The notes: a model not told the origin generated them from the letters alone. A DNA stretch of 64,000 nucleotides from Amoeboaphelidium protococcarum X5 (GCA_023515725.1 JALDTO010000200.1:612276-676275), one strand, 5' to 3'; counted from the first letter of the stretch, positions 39,109-56,766 are shown. A program made the numbers and translations.

Positions 39109-42100
39109 ATGGATCCATTTAGTCAAGTGCGTGCTAATACGTCCACTTTGCAATATAAGCTCTTGCTGGCAGTGGAGTAATCTCTTGTGGAGGCCAAGAT
39201 GCAACTGATTCCAACTGCGTACTTTGCAAGTATGGTCATGCTGCTTAATGATAAGATTGCATCTGTTGAAGAATTGCTAGAGTCTGATGCTGACGAAATT
39301 AATGGAATCTTGTATTTGCTTTCTGTAGTCACTAGTCATGTACCTAATCCAGTACTGCAGATGAAGTATAGTGATGTGTTGAGCGTGTACGAACGCGTTT
39401 TGTCAATATTTCACTCTCAGGAGAATTGTAATGCAATCATTAGGCACTGCATTGAATGTATGACTGCACTGTTAACAGTTTAGCCGCCCACAGTCTGGTC
39501 TTCGCCTGATACCGTAAAGATCCATCAGTAGATGATACTGCGGCTGTTCGACCAGTCTCCAAAGGTGAGGAAAGTGGCTCAGTTGTGTTGCCTCAAGTTG
39601 GTGAGATTTCGCGGTCAGGGAATTTTGCCTTTGAAAGCTCACCCATCACGAGCACTTTTGGTAAAATTGCTTTGCAAGATTGTCGAAGATATCTCCGCTA
39701 ACCTATCCACGGATTAAAGTGCGGCTTTATGTCATTTGCTTTCGTTTGTACAGTCTCTGTGGAAGTATTTGGATGTTTAGCTTGTCATGCAATTGCTGTG
39801 TGGTAAGAATAATAACAGTGGCAGTAATTCAAGTGGTCTTAATGCTTTGTCAGAGCGCTTGAATAACTCCACTTCTTTTAATCATGCCTAGAAAGCGCAT
39901 CTGGAGTGTATGAACTCTCTTATTAGCTTGATTACTAGAGATCAAGAAGCTTCCGCCCATTCTGACGAAGATGATAGTGGTAGTGTTGGTATTGATGTTA
40001 ATTTATTTACTATGACCATTTTTAGAAAATGTTTTGATCCTATTCTAGCTCTGAAAGTTTAAAAGATGTCGATTGTCTTCCTATTTGGCTCACCATATGT
40101 GCGCAGTGTGCTGTCTATTATAAATTGAAGTTTTTGCTGGCTGATGTCCAGGATTAGCTGTTGATTTCTGGGGCTATTGCTGGTATATATTCAAATGTTT
40201 TTGGAATTTTGTTTATGAACATGGGGAAAGAAGTGCGGAAGATGTTGATGGATGCTACTCAGTAAACTCTGTGCAGCATTATTGATACCTTCTAAATGGA
40301 CTAATAATAATCTTCAGATAGTGTTGTAAAGTGTTTGTAGTTGACTTAAAAGGGAATGAATGACGCGTCAATGCTTCAGTATTCTGTAATCTTGAAGGTG
40401 GTTGCACATTGGGTTACTATTATGGATTTAAGTTAGAGTTCGTGTTTGCAACAGTTGACTCCTGTTATAAAGTAGCTGTAAAGAGATGAAAATGCTTTGC
40501 TGGACGGAAAGTGCAGAAAGTAATTTGAAGGTGTTCTATGTGCATTAATTGGCTCTATGACTTGTGCTGCTTTCTTGAAGATATTTCCGATCGAATTAAC
40601 TGATAAATAGCCACGTGTGTGGTTGTTTCCATTGTTGAAGAGCTCTGTGTAGAAGGATTATGTTGGATTCTATATTGACTCTTTTGTGCCTATGGCTCGT
40701 CAGATTGCCTAGAAGGGGAAATAGCTGGAGTAGAATAAACAGTTACCAGAGGCAAAGACTTGTTAGATATTGTGGAAGTAGATTTGGGATATTCTCCCGT
40801 CATTCTGTGTTAGTCCTTAAGATTTGATTCAGTCTTTTGATGATCTGTGCTCCATCATACTTCCGATTCTATAAGACGTGGACTTTGTGAGCGATGACGG
40901 TGGACTGTAGATTGTGGTGGAAAGTTTGCGTAACATTGTAAAGTCTGTGCTGACCAATGGTGACAAGGAGTAGTCTCAGTTTTTAGAGTTACATGCCGAA
41001 AATATCCTGGGTCTTCTGCTGAGCAAGTATATGGAAATGTCTGCCACTAAGGATAGTCAGTTGAATAGCTTGAATCAACTCTTCCAGGAGTGTATCAAGT
41101 TGTGGTCCTCCGTATGCTAGAAAGATAAGTTAAATTCATTTATTGGCAACATTTTGAAGAGTTATATTCAACTTACTCAGACGTAATAGCAGTAAGATAA
41201 GCGCCATTTGTTGTTAGATCTGGTGAATATCATGTTCGCTGGCACCATTATGCCAATAGAAGCTGTGCAATTACTGCTGAGATTGGCTCTACTCGGTTTT
41301 GAGGACGATGATGGTAAGATTTAAAAGAAGAGTTATAAACTGTTGACTGAGATGCTTTCCATTGGTAAACGTGACTCTGTGGTTAATGGAAATGATAACT
41401 CAATCGAATTGCAATAGTTGAAAGAGTTCTTGGAATCACCTTCAACTTTGACGTAGATCAAGTATAAGCTTATCGATACCATGCTGTCTGTTGAAGCGTC
41501 TGCCAAGAAAGATAGATTACAAGCTATCGAGGCTTATATTGATACTATTGGAGAGTAGAATGTGGAACTTTTATCAATCGTCCCGGAGATTCTGTCAGAG
41601 ATTGTTATGGGCACCAAAGAGTCTAATGATAAGGCGCGTCAAGTCTCTTATGAACTAATTGTCAAGATTGGAACTAAAATGCAGTAAGTCGGTGGCAATA
41701 AGATTGAGTTGACTTCTTCAGCTGACCAAGATGATTAGGAATTGCAGGAAGACTCACAATTCATTTGTAGTATCTCTGAATATTTGAAAATGGTGATGGC
41801 TGGTCTTGCCGCACAAACTCCTCATATGATTTCTGCCACCATCAATGCTCTGGCTAGATTACTTTACTGCTTTAATGATAATTTTGAATCCGAAATTATC
41901 AAGACTGTTTTGCTTTACGCGCTTGAATCCAGATCTAGAGAAATTATAAAGTCTGCCGTCAGTTTTATCAAGGTTGTGATTGTGGTCAATATTAGTGATC
42001 TTCAGTAGGAGGCTTCCGGTATGATTGCTGAAGACGCCGGTGATAGTATTCTCGATCTGATCATAAATGCCTGCCTCAAATGGTCTTCTGAACACAAGTC

Positions 42101-42806
42101 TCACTTTAAAGTGTCTTGTCGCTACATTATAGAGAGATTAGTGCGAAGAATAGGCTTGGATGCGATTAGATCACATTTCCCGGTAGAGCATGAGAAATTG
42201 CTCACCAATATCCGAAAGAGAATGGAGCGCGCCAAGAGACAATCGAAATAGAAGAAAGATGGTGTAGACGGTAATGGAGATGATGCTGCATCCAACGGTG
42301 AAGAAGGCAATGACAGCGATAGTGTGGCAGAGTTTTGTGATGACAACAATCCTGAAGATGAGGAGGAGTTGCCAGATTTTATGCGCGATCTTATGGGTGG
42401 TTAGTAACACGCGAAGAGTAGTATCTAGTAGATGATGGAATAGCTGCAGTAGGGAGAAGATGAGCCAATTGACATGCTCCAGTCCAATGTGCAGATGAAG
42501 CTGGCTGCAGATCGTGGTGCTGCGTAGAGATAGAACAAGCGTAAGCGATCTAATTTACTCCCTGTATCTAATGAAGGCAAACTTATTGTCAATGCTGAAT
42601 AGAATCACGGGAAGGGCAGAGGCTAGAAGAATAAAAGACATGGTCAAGACTTTGGAGGAGTTGACGAACAGGATGACTTTGAACCTGACAGTGAAGATGA
42701 AATGGTTGGACGCACAGTGCCTGTAAAGAGATCTGGTAAGAAGTAGCAGAGAGCAGGAGGTAGTAGTAATAGAGGTAGAAACGCTAAAAGATCTAGAATG
42801 AGATGA
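39109..42806 (+). pseudogene. RRP12: RRP12 duplicate with 1-bp frameshift
   Basis: Copy 1 reads TAAAAGAATGTC (~28990) and copy 2 reads TAAAAGATGTC (~40060). Downstream ORF fragments sit in a shifted frame. Confidence 0.8.
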
Positions 42807-42869
42807 TCGATTAAGATACACTATATTCTAAATGACAATCATTTCACTGAAGTGTTTTCTTTATACATC

Positions 42870-43643
42870 TCATCTGGTAAAAATACCGTACCCATACTGC
42901 TTCATCATTATCTCATTGTACAGCTTTATCTAAAGTGTCCTTAGAACGTGTGCACCGTGAGAGTACATAGTAACGCGATTATATTCCTTACTCTATAAAG
43001 TCTAATTATTACTGCTACTACTTTAATTCTCTGCTAATAACTAGGAGCGTTGGAATAATATCTAATCAATTGTTTAATTTAGATGAGTCAACAAATGTGC
43101 AACAGTCTCACCACTCGCGTAGTAATTGAGCTTGATATACTGATTCTTGTCGTAGATAACACTTTCATTTCTCGGATGCTACCAGAAATACCTAATTGAT
43201 GGATAAGACATAACTCCTAATCTAGCCACTAATTCAGGTTGATTATACAGGTTCACAGAGACAAACTGTATTTTCATAGGGACGCGCTGATCATCTTAAG
43301 TTTAACCATTTGACAACTATTCATCGCCACTTATGGGAACTGAAGACGTATTAAGCTATACAAAACTATACTTACGTAAATCATTACTGTAAAATCGATA
43401 TTGGATTAGTGAGGGAATGTAAGCAGTAGTATTACGGAAGGATTGTACTAACGATTTAGACCGTGCGCACCATGGAGCATGTACCAGAATATACGTGAGG
43501 TTAGCAGTGGGATCTGCAAGATATTGTCTTTCGGATTAATCGTTTTAATTCAAGTCTTTGAATACAATATTATAGTCAATCAATGATACTACACAGCACA
43601 CAAATAAACTGAGTATCAATATAGCTATTGAGACCATCACCAT
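42870..43643 (-). CDS. Secretory thioredoxin-fold protein with CxxS motif (TXNDC15/PDI-like)
   Basis: 258-codon table-6 ORF with a hydrophobic N-terminus (MVMVSIAILILSLFVCCVVS), LVHAPWCARS and LVARLGVMSYPSIRYF. Confidence 0.75.
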
Positions 43644-43828
43644 CACCACTCTCTACGCAGTATTTCTACCAATTGAACACACTGAATAGAATAGAAGAGA
43701 ACTCACACAAGAAACTACAGAAACCGCGATGGAACGAACGCGATCATGTTTCAGCTCGTTGCGTCTCTCTTAGCTTCATTCAGTCTTGTACTTTATTGGT
43801 TATTTCCCTCTGAATTAATTACTAAGAA

Positions 43829-44354
43829 ATGAGTACGTTAGAAGAGCAGTTGGACTAGGCTACATAAATGGCAGTGTAGAAAATAATGGACAAGGTGGAG
43901 TCATTAGAAACTGCGTTCCCTTCCTCCGATCTAGAAGAATTTCGTTCCACGTTTTAAAGACATTTCTACGTATGAAATTCCAACTTTATTGACCTGTTTG
44001 ATATCAGAGAATTACTGTAATGTAGGCAAAATATGAAGAAATCAAGAGTCAATATGGTATAGAAGAAAAGTTGAAATTACTGGAACGAATTAAGGGTGAC
44101 AAGTAGTTGTTGAATGAGCTTGTGAATTCCGACTAGCATAATGTACTGGAGAGTGCGTGCTCAAGAGTTTTGAAACAGGAATTGTCGCGTTATGACTCTC
44201 TTCTCGAGCAGGTAACTCTTTCTTCCTCTTCTCTGAACTAATTATTTCACCATAAAGTTTTCTTTTGATTGATTGAAATGCGTAGGAGAAACAAGAGATT
44301 ACAGAATTGGTTGGCATGATCTCAACATCTGTTACGAACGCTGATACCAAGTGA
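43829..44354 (+). CDS. Small coiled-coil protein (weakly Nnf1/kinetochore-like), 3 exons
   Basis: Exons 43829-43969, 44026-44211 and 44286-44354 are joined by phase-0 GT-AG introns, giving 131 aa ending in TGA. The function is a guess. Confidence 0.55.
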
Positions 44355-44663
44355 TTCTTTGAATGTATGATTATTTTGTTCAGTATCAATGCGTTATTTA
44401 CCGTTATCTGTGGCATTAGAATTACAATTTAGACCATCGTAATCTTTTCAAGTACTTGAAGTTTTCTGTGCTGCTTCAGCCTAGCCTTTTAAGTTGACTT
44501 TTATCAACTGACTGAACGTGTTATTGTTGTTTCCTAATGCCGATTGACGTAAGGTTGATGATTGTTTAAAAATAGACATTCATGAGTGATCCTGTCATAA
44601 GAGTTATTGATGATTACAAAGTAAAAAATTGTCTATTCCAATTAAATTAAGACACAATATATC

Positions 44664-47600
44664 ATGGACAGTCAAGGATAGTCTGAGTAATAGTTGAAAC
44701 TTCAAGCTGATGCGGCCACACAAGTTATAGTCCTACATGATTTCTAGCCTCAGAATCAACCTAATAAATTGAGTATCACGAAAGGTGACATCTTACAAGT
44801 AATAGCTAAACATAGTTCAGGGTGGTGGAGTGGATACATTGTGAATAGTAAGCCATTGGTTATTGGCTGGTTTCCTTCGTCTTTTGTGGCTGAATTGTCG
44901 GAAGATTTATTGAAGACTGCGCGTGATTAGGCGGTCCAAGAGGATCTTTAATAACAATCGTAGTTGCATGATGGAGTACAGTCACTTTCTACACCTGAGG
45001 CCTAGAATCGAATAGCGAAGTAGCGTATCGGCGAATCTAATAATCTATCGCAAAGGGATGGTACAACTTCGTCATAGATAGGAAAAGCCTAAGTAGGTAG
45101 TAGTAAATTCACACTTAGCGCTGGTAGTCAAATTTCTACCTGGGATGTGATGATTAAGCGTGTATTGACTTCGATCGGTAATATCAATGCCGCACTTAAA
45201 GACCAGAATTACAAAATGCTGATTAAGGATGGAAATCTTTTGGTCACTGCTGTTGGTAATCTTGTCGAGCAATCATAAGAAGCCTTGGTATTGAGTAATC
45301 GGTCTATTCAAACTGGATTTGAAGATCTTATAGCTAGTTGCGACAAATTTGTTTAATCGTTCAAGCAGCAATAGTCTACAATTATAGATTAGAATGGAAT
45401 GGCTCAGATAAAGAGCCGCTGTGGACATGTGTTGCTAGCAGTCAGAAAGTATGTGACTCTGTGTCTCGATAATGATGTGAAATTAAGCTCTCGCTCCAAG
45501 TCAGTTGCCAGCTAAGCAAGTTTCGAAACTATCACTTATAATCAAGGCCTAAGTATTGTTGAATGTGAGCAGCATCTAGATTTATGTCACAGTGGCTTAA
45601 AGTCGGTCCTCGCTAGTATATTGCAGTAAGCGGACCAGTAGCAAAATGTCTCAATTAAAGTACTATTGTAATCTAGCTCTCAGATTACAGCTCAGAGTAT
45701 TTAAGTGATAACTTTAATGGAAGATTTGCATTTCGATGAAGTTTTATTGAATACTAGGAGTGAAGCTAGAGAATTTGATATCTTGTTGCCTAATGACGCT
45801 ATGATTACATGGTCAACGTCTGCGGTGAAGCATTAGTTGAACTCTGCCGTGGCAAACTTGATGGCAGAAGTAGATTAGATGAAGAATGAATTTGCTCCGG
45901 CTCATGCACAGAAATCCGTTCTACTCAGTATAACTTCGACATTAAAGGCGGCCAAAGATTATATCACTACATGCAGAGAGCTGCTGAATTATAAGAGTCA
46001 GCTAGATGTTCAGCTTGCTATGCTCAGTTGTGATTTTATGGAGTAATCTGTCAGTTCATGGAGACAGTTGTAGCAAGATATCAAAGCTGCAGCTGATACG
46101 CGAGTCAAATCTCCACCAGAAAAACACCGTTCGTCATAGTCTGACGTTGATGACGATGGTGGCAATTAATCGTCTGATAGCAGTAGCCTCGATGGAGAAA
46201 GTGTTACCGATCTAGACCGCCGTAGAACTCAGTCCACGGTTGAAAGTAAACGGCGGCGTAATTTCGTATCTTCCATGTCTGCCAAGAGCTCGTTACCTAA
46301 AGGCACGCTATAAAGATCAAAGAAGTATGAGGTTGCAAAGAGTGCATAGGCTTAGAGGAAATTGAGCAAGTTCTTTGGTGAAGATGTTGCTACTAGCGAT
46401 GATAGTTTTTCGTAAGGAAGTTCCATTAAGAATATCAATACTGAGCTAAATAATTAGATAGTAGAAGGAGCCACTGCTACCAATAAAAGATTAAAGAAAT
46501 TTTTTGGGGAAAGTCCAGTGACGCTGAGCTACTCTCCTAATTAGTCTAATGGTGAGATCTCTTCTTGGTAATAGCCCGATTACTCACCATCTGACCTCAT
46601 TTTTACTCTTGATGGATAGAAGCACGTAAAAGCAGGGACACTGGCTGCATTGGTTACTTATTTTGTGGGACATGACAATGTGGATTTCGACTTTGTCAAA
46701 ACGTTCCTATTGACTTTTAGAATGTTTACCACTTGGCAGTTGGTTTTGGATAATGTCAGAGCCAGATTTTAGCTGTAAGCCCCGTCTAATTTGTCTCCGT
46801 TTGAGCAGCAGAAATGGAATGAGGTCAAGTTGAAACCGATACAGATAAGAGTATTTAAAGCATTGGAGATGTGGATGGAAGATTATTGGTATGAGAAGGA
46901 GGATGGTCCGCATTTGAATGAATTGAAGTAGTTTATCAAGAGCGTTATGTATCCACAGATGGGTAAGGAAGCTGAGAGGCTCATTGAACTAGTAGCTCGA
47001 CGATTGGCTCTACGCAATGAACGAATCACTAATATACGCCTGTCTCTTGCGAGGCTGTCTCATCTGCCTTTAGCTGATGCTTCCATTCCTCCTGCAATAC
47101 CTGTCAAAAATGGATAGATCTCTAGTATTTTGGATATTGATGCACTGGAACTGTGTCGTTAGATTACTCTTCTTGAACATAGACTATTTATGGCTGTTCA
47201 TCCGATGGAGCTTTTGTACTACGTGCCGCGCGAAGGTTTGCAATAGAATGTGGGTGATGAGTCAACTGATCCAATACGCCAGGCGATACAAAGATCTAAT
47301 TAAATTACTGGTTGGATTGCCGAGTTGATTCTTCAGCAGTCTGACGTTAAATCTAGAGTAGCTGTGCTTAAGCATCTTATAAAGACCGCTGAAAAGTGTC
47401 ATGAGCTGAATAACTTTGCATCTCGGGAATCTATTCTGGCTGCACTCAACTCCACACCGATTTATCGATTGAGAAAGACGTGGGCAGAACTGAGTTCAAA
47501 GTATTAGATGAAGTTCGAGACTCTCTGTTCTCATATGGACCGTGAGAATAACTTTTAAAAGTATCGAACTGCTCTGAAAGAACTGAATGCTCCTTGTATA

Positions 47601-47996
47601 CCATTTCTTGGCCGATATCTCACTGACATCACATTCATAAAGTAAGGTAATCCGGATTACTTTTCCAATAAGAATCTCATTAACTTTGATAAGTATCGAA
47701 AACTGGCCGCCATCATCTAAGAGATTGATCGCTTCCAACTAGACTCTTACAAGTTTGTCGTTGTGCCAGACATTTGGAATTGGATTCAATCTCATCTCGA
47801 TTAGCCGAGAGACTTCTCCAAGTTGCATGAATTGAGTCTTACGCTTGAGCCACGAGAGAAGACTATTGTTTAGCCTCAATCACAATCCTCTATTGACGTT
47901 GATAACAGGCAATCATTGATGTTGGAGAAGGAAGATGATGTGGCCAAAGATCTCACTGCCCAATTGAGTGAGAAGATTGCAGAACTGAATTTCTGA
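44664..47996 (+). CDS. SH3-REM-CDC25 Ras guanine nucleotide exchange factor
   Basis: SH3 (LSITKGD...SGWWSG...GWFPSSFV); REM (VKAGTLAALV...FLLTFRMFTT...IRVFKALEMW); CDC25 domain (CR[TAG]ITL, LNNF, IYRLRKTW, PCIPFLGRYLTDITF, INFDK). 1111 codons. Confidence 0.92.
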
Positions 47997-48032
47997 AAGT
48001 AACGTGTGAGTATATTTTGTTCATCAATGTCA

Positions 48033-49607
48033 TCAGTTTACACTTTCACGGCGATCCATGCTGTGATAATCACTATTACTCTTACTTGTGCTTGTATTGA
48101 TTTAGATTCCACCACCATTCAATGAGTGAACGCGTATCTTGTCGGTAGAGAAAGTCATGTATGCAATATCGCAATTCAGATCCTCGTGTGAAGATGATGC
48201 GAACATCATTGAACTGCCTCTAGAGCTCGTACTGGCCGCTCTATGAAGACTCTGCTCCCTTTAGATCGTCTTCAAAGATTGTATCTCGGAGCGAACGATT
48301 TTCATCTCCTGCTCCCATTTGATCGCTTTCATACCATACAGCTACCTATCCAAAATGCATTTCTACGCAATCTAACATTCTTCAATGGCTCCGGCAAGTT
48401 TAAACATCAGTCGAGACTTTTATGCTTGAGAACAGCAGGCAAATATCAGATCAGTGCCATTGCATTTGATTGCAAAGATTAAATCTTATAGCTAGCCTTA
48501 TAGAGGAACATCATCAAGGTCCTATTGCAGGGCGATGAACTTGCAAAGTCTCATTTTATTCGCGTCATCTTCGCTGAGCACCAGTAGATCAATCAGCTCC
48601 ACTAGAGACAGTTCAAATTGTTGAAGCACCAGCTACTTTCCGGCCGTTTTGGTCGTTATCAGCAGTAAATCGTTGAAAATGTACATGGAAACTTGGGAGA
48701 ATATCGACATATTGTTCAGCCAGACGCACTCATGTAAAATTAAATGTCGCGTTGGGGCAATAAGAGATGACACGCTCTTGGATGGAGACTGATACACCAA
48801 ACATTGGCTCAGATCCAGAACTTGCATCTAGCTTTTAGCTTATGACTGGCTCTTTTAAATAGATATCAATACATTGCTCAAAATAGCCACAAGTGAGCGG
48901 AGTTGAGAGCTCTATTCTAATACAGACGCGGTTACACTTAACTCTATAAACAGATTGCTGATCTACTCAATGTATTGCAAAGGAAAACTGGCGAGGTGGG
49001 ACAGGCTTTAGATCCTACCATGAGACAAATGATTGATGTAATTGTCTACATGACTCAGCACAGCAGGACTAACACCGTCCAGTCTATGTATGAATATCGC
49101 TTGTTAATACGCAAAGAGAGCGTATTCTTTAAACATTGGGGCCACTCTGAGATAACAACCAATCAAGCGATCCGCCTATTCCAAAGAATCTGTCACGGTA
49201 GAAAGTGACTGAGACAGCTAACTATGTAAACCCAAATGTATCTCGAGGAAACTCTCTAGGCCATTAAATATTGATGTGACATCAAGATTCGCAGCTTATG
49301 ACCTGTCGCTCTTTAAATTATTATTAGAACGCAAAGGTAGCAAGGATTCCAGATTGTAATTCAGCGCCTTCATTGGTTAGATCAACATAGTCTTTAGACG
49401 CGTCAAGTCATGTACGTAGCTCTTCTCATGTTCGATTATGCGATTGACTGCCTCAGCAGTGTGGTCCACTTTAGCTCTATTTTCAATTTAAATGCTACTT
49501 AGCTTAGTGTCATAGAGTGTTACCAAATCATTTACAGCGTTAAAATATTCGCAGGCATCCTTGGTGTTGACTCTGACAATGTTGGACGAGTATTGCGCGA
49601 TTTCCAT
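48033..49607 (-). CDS. Divergent DH-PH (RhoGEF-like) protein
   Basis: 525-codon table-6 ORF. IIEHEKSYVHDL (DH start), LSHLASFPLQY, RHLILHE...MYIFNDLLLIT (PH). Confidence 0.7.
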
Positions 49608-49893
49608 TCTAAGCTCTCTTTCTATAATATGTGGTTAATTAGGCTATAATATCAGTGTATTTTTTGTCATATAAAGAGAAGAATTAGACTGTATTGCCCA
49701 CTCAAGTGTAACAGACGTTCTAAGAAATCAGATATGCCATCATCTGATGAGCGAACTTTATTGTCGGCCAATCCGGATCAGATCACTTTAACAAAAGCTG
49801 AGTTCAAACAACTAAACATTAATGGAAAATACTAATTAGTATATAATGATAGTGTAACAATTGTATATACATATTCAAGGAAGTGTTCATAAA

Positions 49894-51163
49894 TCATTCA
49901 TTGTGCTGAGATTGGCGGTTTTAATGAGTGTTTCGCTGGTGATTCGCAGCCATTTGCAACTATTGCTGTTACTTTTGAGCCAGCTGTAGTCTCTACTACG
50001 CTTAGGCATGTCTCAACTGATGCTCCAAAGCGCGTCTTTGCATCATTACTTGATACTCCATCAATGATTGTCCTTGCTTCTATTGTGGATGAGGATCGGC
50101 TTGGACTTAAGACTACTTCTCGATTCTATTCAGCGCTTCTTGTTACTGCAATGAGCCACTCAGATCAGGTTGACTGACCTGACTGTTGACATTGCGTTAC
50201 TGGGGTTGATAAAGCGATTTCAGCTGTTAGTAAGACAAATTCTATTGATCAGGTGCAGCATTTTCCGGGGCTCGAGCAGTTGTTTATTGTGGCTATTATT
50301 GTTATTGATGCAAGCAGGCTTGAATAATCTGCTTTCCTTCTTCACGCGTTATAATCGGTTAAAACTTGGACGTGGCATAAGTATACACATGTCCAGTCTC
50401 AGAAGCTACCAAAAGCAGAATTTCTGTGCCAGTCAAAGTACTCAATTCATAAGCCTACATGTAATGGATCGTTGTGTACACTTCACAATTCATAAAACAA
50501 ATAAATCAAAGCATAATAACAACATACCTTTTTCATAATGCCAGCTTTGCGTTTGCTAAATGTGATGTGTCTCTTGCTCTTATCAGCGATGAACTCAATT
50601 TTGATTTTACGGCTGGGTGGGAATTCATCATCAACTTGATGATGCCCATCGTGCTGGGAGTGCTCTTGAGAGTCCAGAGTAGAAGCGCGCGATCTCTTTA
50701 GAGTTTGTTGATAATTGGCATTGTTATGGGCAGGCTCAGAGTCTTGAGTTTACTGACTTACCGCAGGAGCAGAAGACTATGCAGAATGTCCTTGTCGAGC
50801 TTGAGATTACGGCGCATACTGCCGGGACTGTTCCATAGATTCCAAGTAATCATAAACTTGAGCGAATTAATCTTCGCGATCAACCACGTTATTTTCATCG
50901 CTATACTTCGCGGTGAGACCTTGCTAAGGATGATCACCGCCAATAAGATTGTCGAGGTTAAATTACTCTAAACCATGGTGATCACTTGGTCGATGCACAT
51001 TGTGTCCATTTACGAAAGAATCCAAGTTAATTTGAGTCGCATGTGGTGTAGAAGAAGCAGTAGTTTGGCGGCCATCAAGTTGAGACTGCAGATCAGAGTT
51101 CAAATGCAGAGACTTTTCCACCAATTCATCATAAGTGTCCGCAGCGGGAGGATTAACGACCAT
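49894..51163 (-). CDS. MCM1: SRF/Mcm1-type MADS-box transcription factor
   Basis: RKIKIEFIADKSKRHITFSKRKAGIMKK | intron 50527-50455 | AYELSTLTGTEILLLVASETGHVYTYATSKF[TAA]PII, then a Q-rich tail. The start codon is uncertain. Confidence 0.9.
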
Positions 51164-51506
51164 CTTGGAGCTGTTTCAGATTAGCCAAATAGAGAATAGA
51201 GCGTAGCAGTGTGTAATCGCCGACTATACTATTCTAGAAAAGGTAATAACGATGAAGGTGGAAATCCGTTTTCAGCTCTACTAAGAGGCTTGCTTGTTTC
51301 ATAATCGAAACTGGCGCGCGGGAGGGGGCTGTCATACGAGATTTTACCGTTTCCGGCGGTCGAAACGGGCAATGATGAATGAGGCGTTGATGCTCTCAAA
51401 AAGACAACAGTACAGTATGACTAACGCGTCTCGTGGAAAATAATGAATAAGACTACTCATCAAAGAGTGTATCAGTGTTTTATTCAGACACAACATCAAT
51501 AGTTTC

Positions 51507-52655
51507 TCATTCAGCGGATTCTGTCTACTCCGAAATTAGCTCTATGAAAGGAATGCCTGGCGTCTAGACGGTGAAATTAGTAGCGCGACATGGCGATGAG
51601 TCTAAAATTTTGAGCCAGTTGCAGACGCGCTTCTCCGCCTCAAACAGCCAAACTTTGATCTAACTTGGCACAGATGTCAATCTCAAGGAAGATTTTGCTT
51701 ACTTTGCAGCAGAAGGCTACCTGATAGATGACGCTCGTCCATATATCTTGGCATATTTTTTGTTAAGCATTTAAAAGTCAAAGGATATCTGAGATGAATG
51801 GAGATACATTCTGGGAGACTACACCGCGGACTCGTACAAAGTGTCTCCGATGATTGTATGTCCAATACTCTTCATATGGACTCTGAGCTGATGCGTTCTT
51901 CCACTAAGAGGGCTCAGTCTGACTAGTGTGCACGGATGATTATTGTAATAACCAACACGTACAACTTCGAGGATAGTTGAGCATTCACGTAAGTCCTTCA
52001 CATTCCCAACATCCAGCTCTGAGGTAACCTTTTTCTCATCAATTAAACTCTGTCCTAATCGGATGGTGATGAGATATTATGTTAATGAATTTGAATCACT
52101 TTGATTCTTCAATTCCATTTTAGTAACGCGTTCGGGTAGCTTTTGACATATATTGTCCATATCGATATGACCTTCCACCAGTGCATAGTATATTTTACGC
52201 GCCAATTTATGTTTAAGCATCAGACCGCCGTCCCTCGCAGACCATTAGTTTGTGGCAATAACATACACACCGCTCGTTCCAAAATCCAGTCGGTGAATGT
52301 TACGAATGTGATACAAAGGATAGTTAATGCTGAGCAATCGCTACACCGAAACTCTAGATTTATCTCCAAGCACAACATTTACATTGTGCGGTTTATCAAC
52401 GATTAGATAGTTTTTATCATGATAAATTATCCGACATATTACATGTTATTTATAACCCAGTTTGCTTTTAAAACACGGCTATATATCGAATCTGGTACGT
52501 AACCAGAAATCAGCAGAGGAATACACTTCACGCGCCAGTTCTTTACATTTGGTCCATATGAATATCATACAGTAGGTGTAAAGTGAGCTTAATACTCGAC
52601 CAATAAGTCGCGCAATTACCGCGATATCAGATGTAAAAGTATCTGTATTCATCAT
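51507..52655 (-). CDS. RluA-family RNA pseudouridine synthase
   Basis: IIYHDKNYLIVDKP, HRLDFGTSG, GRTHQLRVHM..IGHTIIGD.LY, RMYLHS. Confidence 0.88.
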
Positions 52656-52783
52656 TCGTTCAATGCGAAATGTACTAAAATAGGAAAAATAGATTTCAGT
52701 TAAGCGAATTTCTATATTTGTCTACTCTTTTCACGTATCTTGCCACGATACACTTAGTGCGAATTCTAAGCCAACCATTCACT

Positions 52784-54955
<2,172 letters not shown>

Positions 54956-55798
54956 TTTAACAAATGATTACTTTAGTAATGATGTTGAATATTTGATATT
55001 TAGAAGGATGAATGTTTGAAAATCACAGAAGTGTCGGAAAGCAATCTTATAAATAGCATTGACTTATTTATAAGCTTAACTACAAGAGGATTGACGGCAT
55101 TCCGTTATTCCATGTGCCTGGACCATACTTGATGTTCATGTCTAAAAATAAGTTTGTAATTGGAGGATCTCTACTGGAAATCTTCAGATGTTGTATGAAC
55201 AAAGTTTTGTTATGGTAGCAGTCTTAGCTGGCGCGTTTGGTGTTCAATAGGATATTCTCTTTATTCAGACAGATACTAGACGCATAGTTAGGAATTATTT
55301 CTAGAGACTGTGATTTGAAAGTCTTTAAAAACATTCATCACTCAAACATGATTACGCTTAGCATTCACGGGCGTAAAGCTAGCTGTAGGTACTAAATTGA
55401 TTAAGACGATGATCCTGCCTCGATCGATTTAGATGTGACAGAACTTCTATTTGGCATATACTGTATAGTGTAGAGACTCAAAACGCTCGCATTCATGGGA
55501 TCCATAAATTAACTTGCAACATGCTTAATTAAGGAAATAACATAGATTGAATTCCATCATTCTTATGGTAAATTCCCAATAAGCCGTGATATACATCATT
55601 TGAATCGATCGATCAACTTACGAATTTATTTCATGTGTGTTTCAACCGAGCATGACGAATTTTCACGATCATGTCAGATGAGGACGTGAAAATTTATAGC
55701 GCCCCATGATTTTTGATATACAGATTACATTAAAGTCTATTGTTAAAATTTTGGTAACATTTATATCCAGCTTTATCTAGACAGCTCCCGATAATTCA

Positions 55799-56755
<957 letters not shown>

Positions 56756-56766
56756 ATAATTTAAAT

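Larger units (their letters stand above)
32322..43387. repeat. Tandem segmental duplication, copy 2 (carries transposon insertion)
   Basis: Colinear with 25290-32321 apart from a 4038-bp insertion plus TSD, a 1-bp deletion (~40066), a 3-bp deletion (~41730) and scattered SNPs. Confidence 0.95.
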
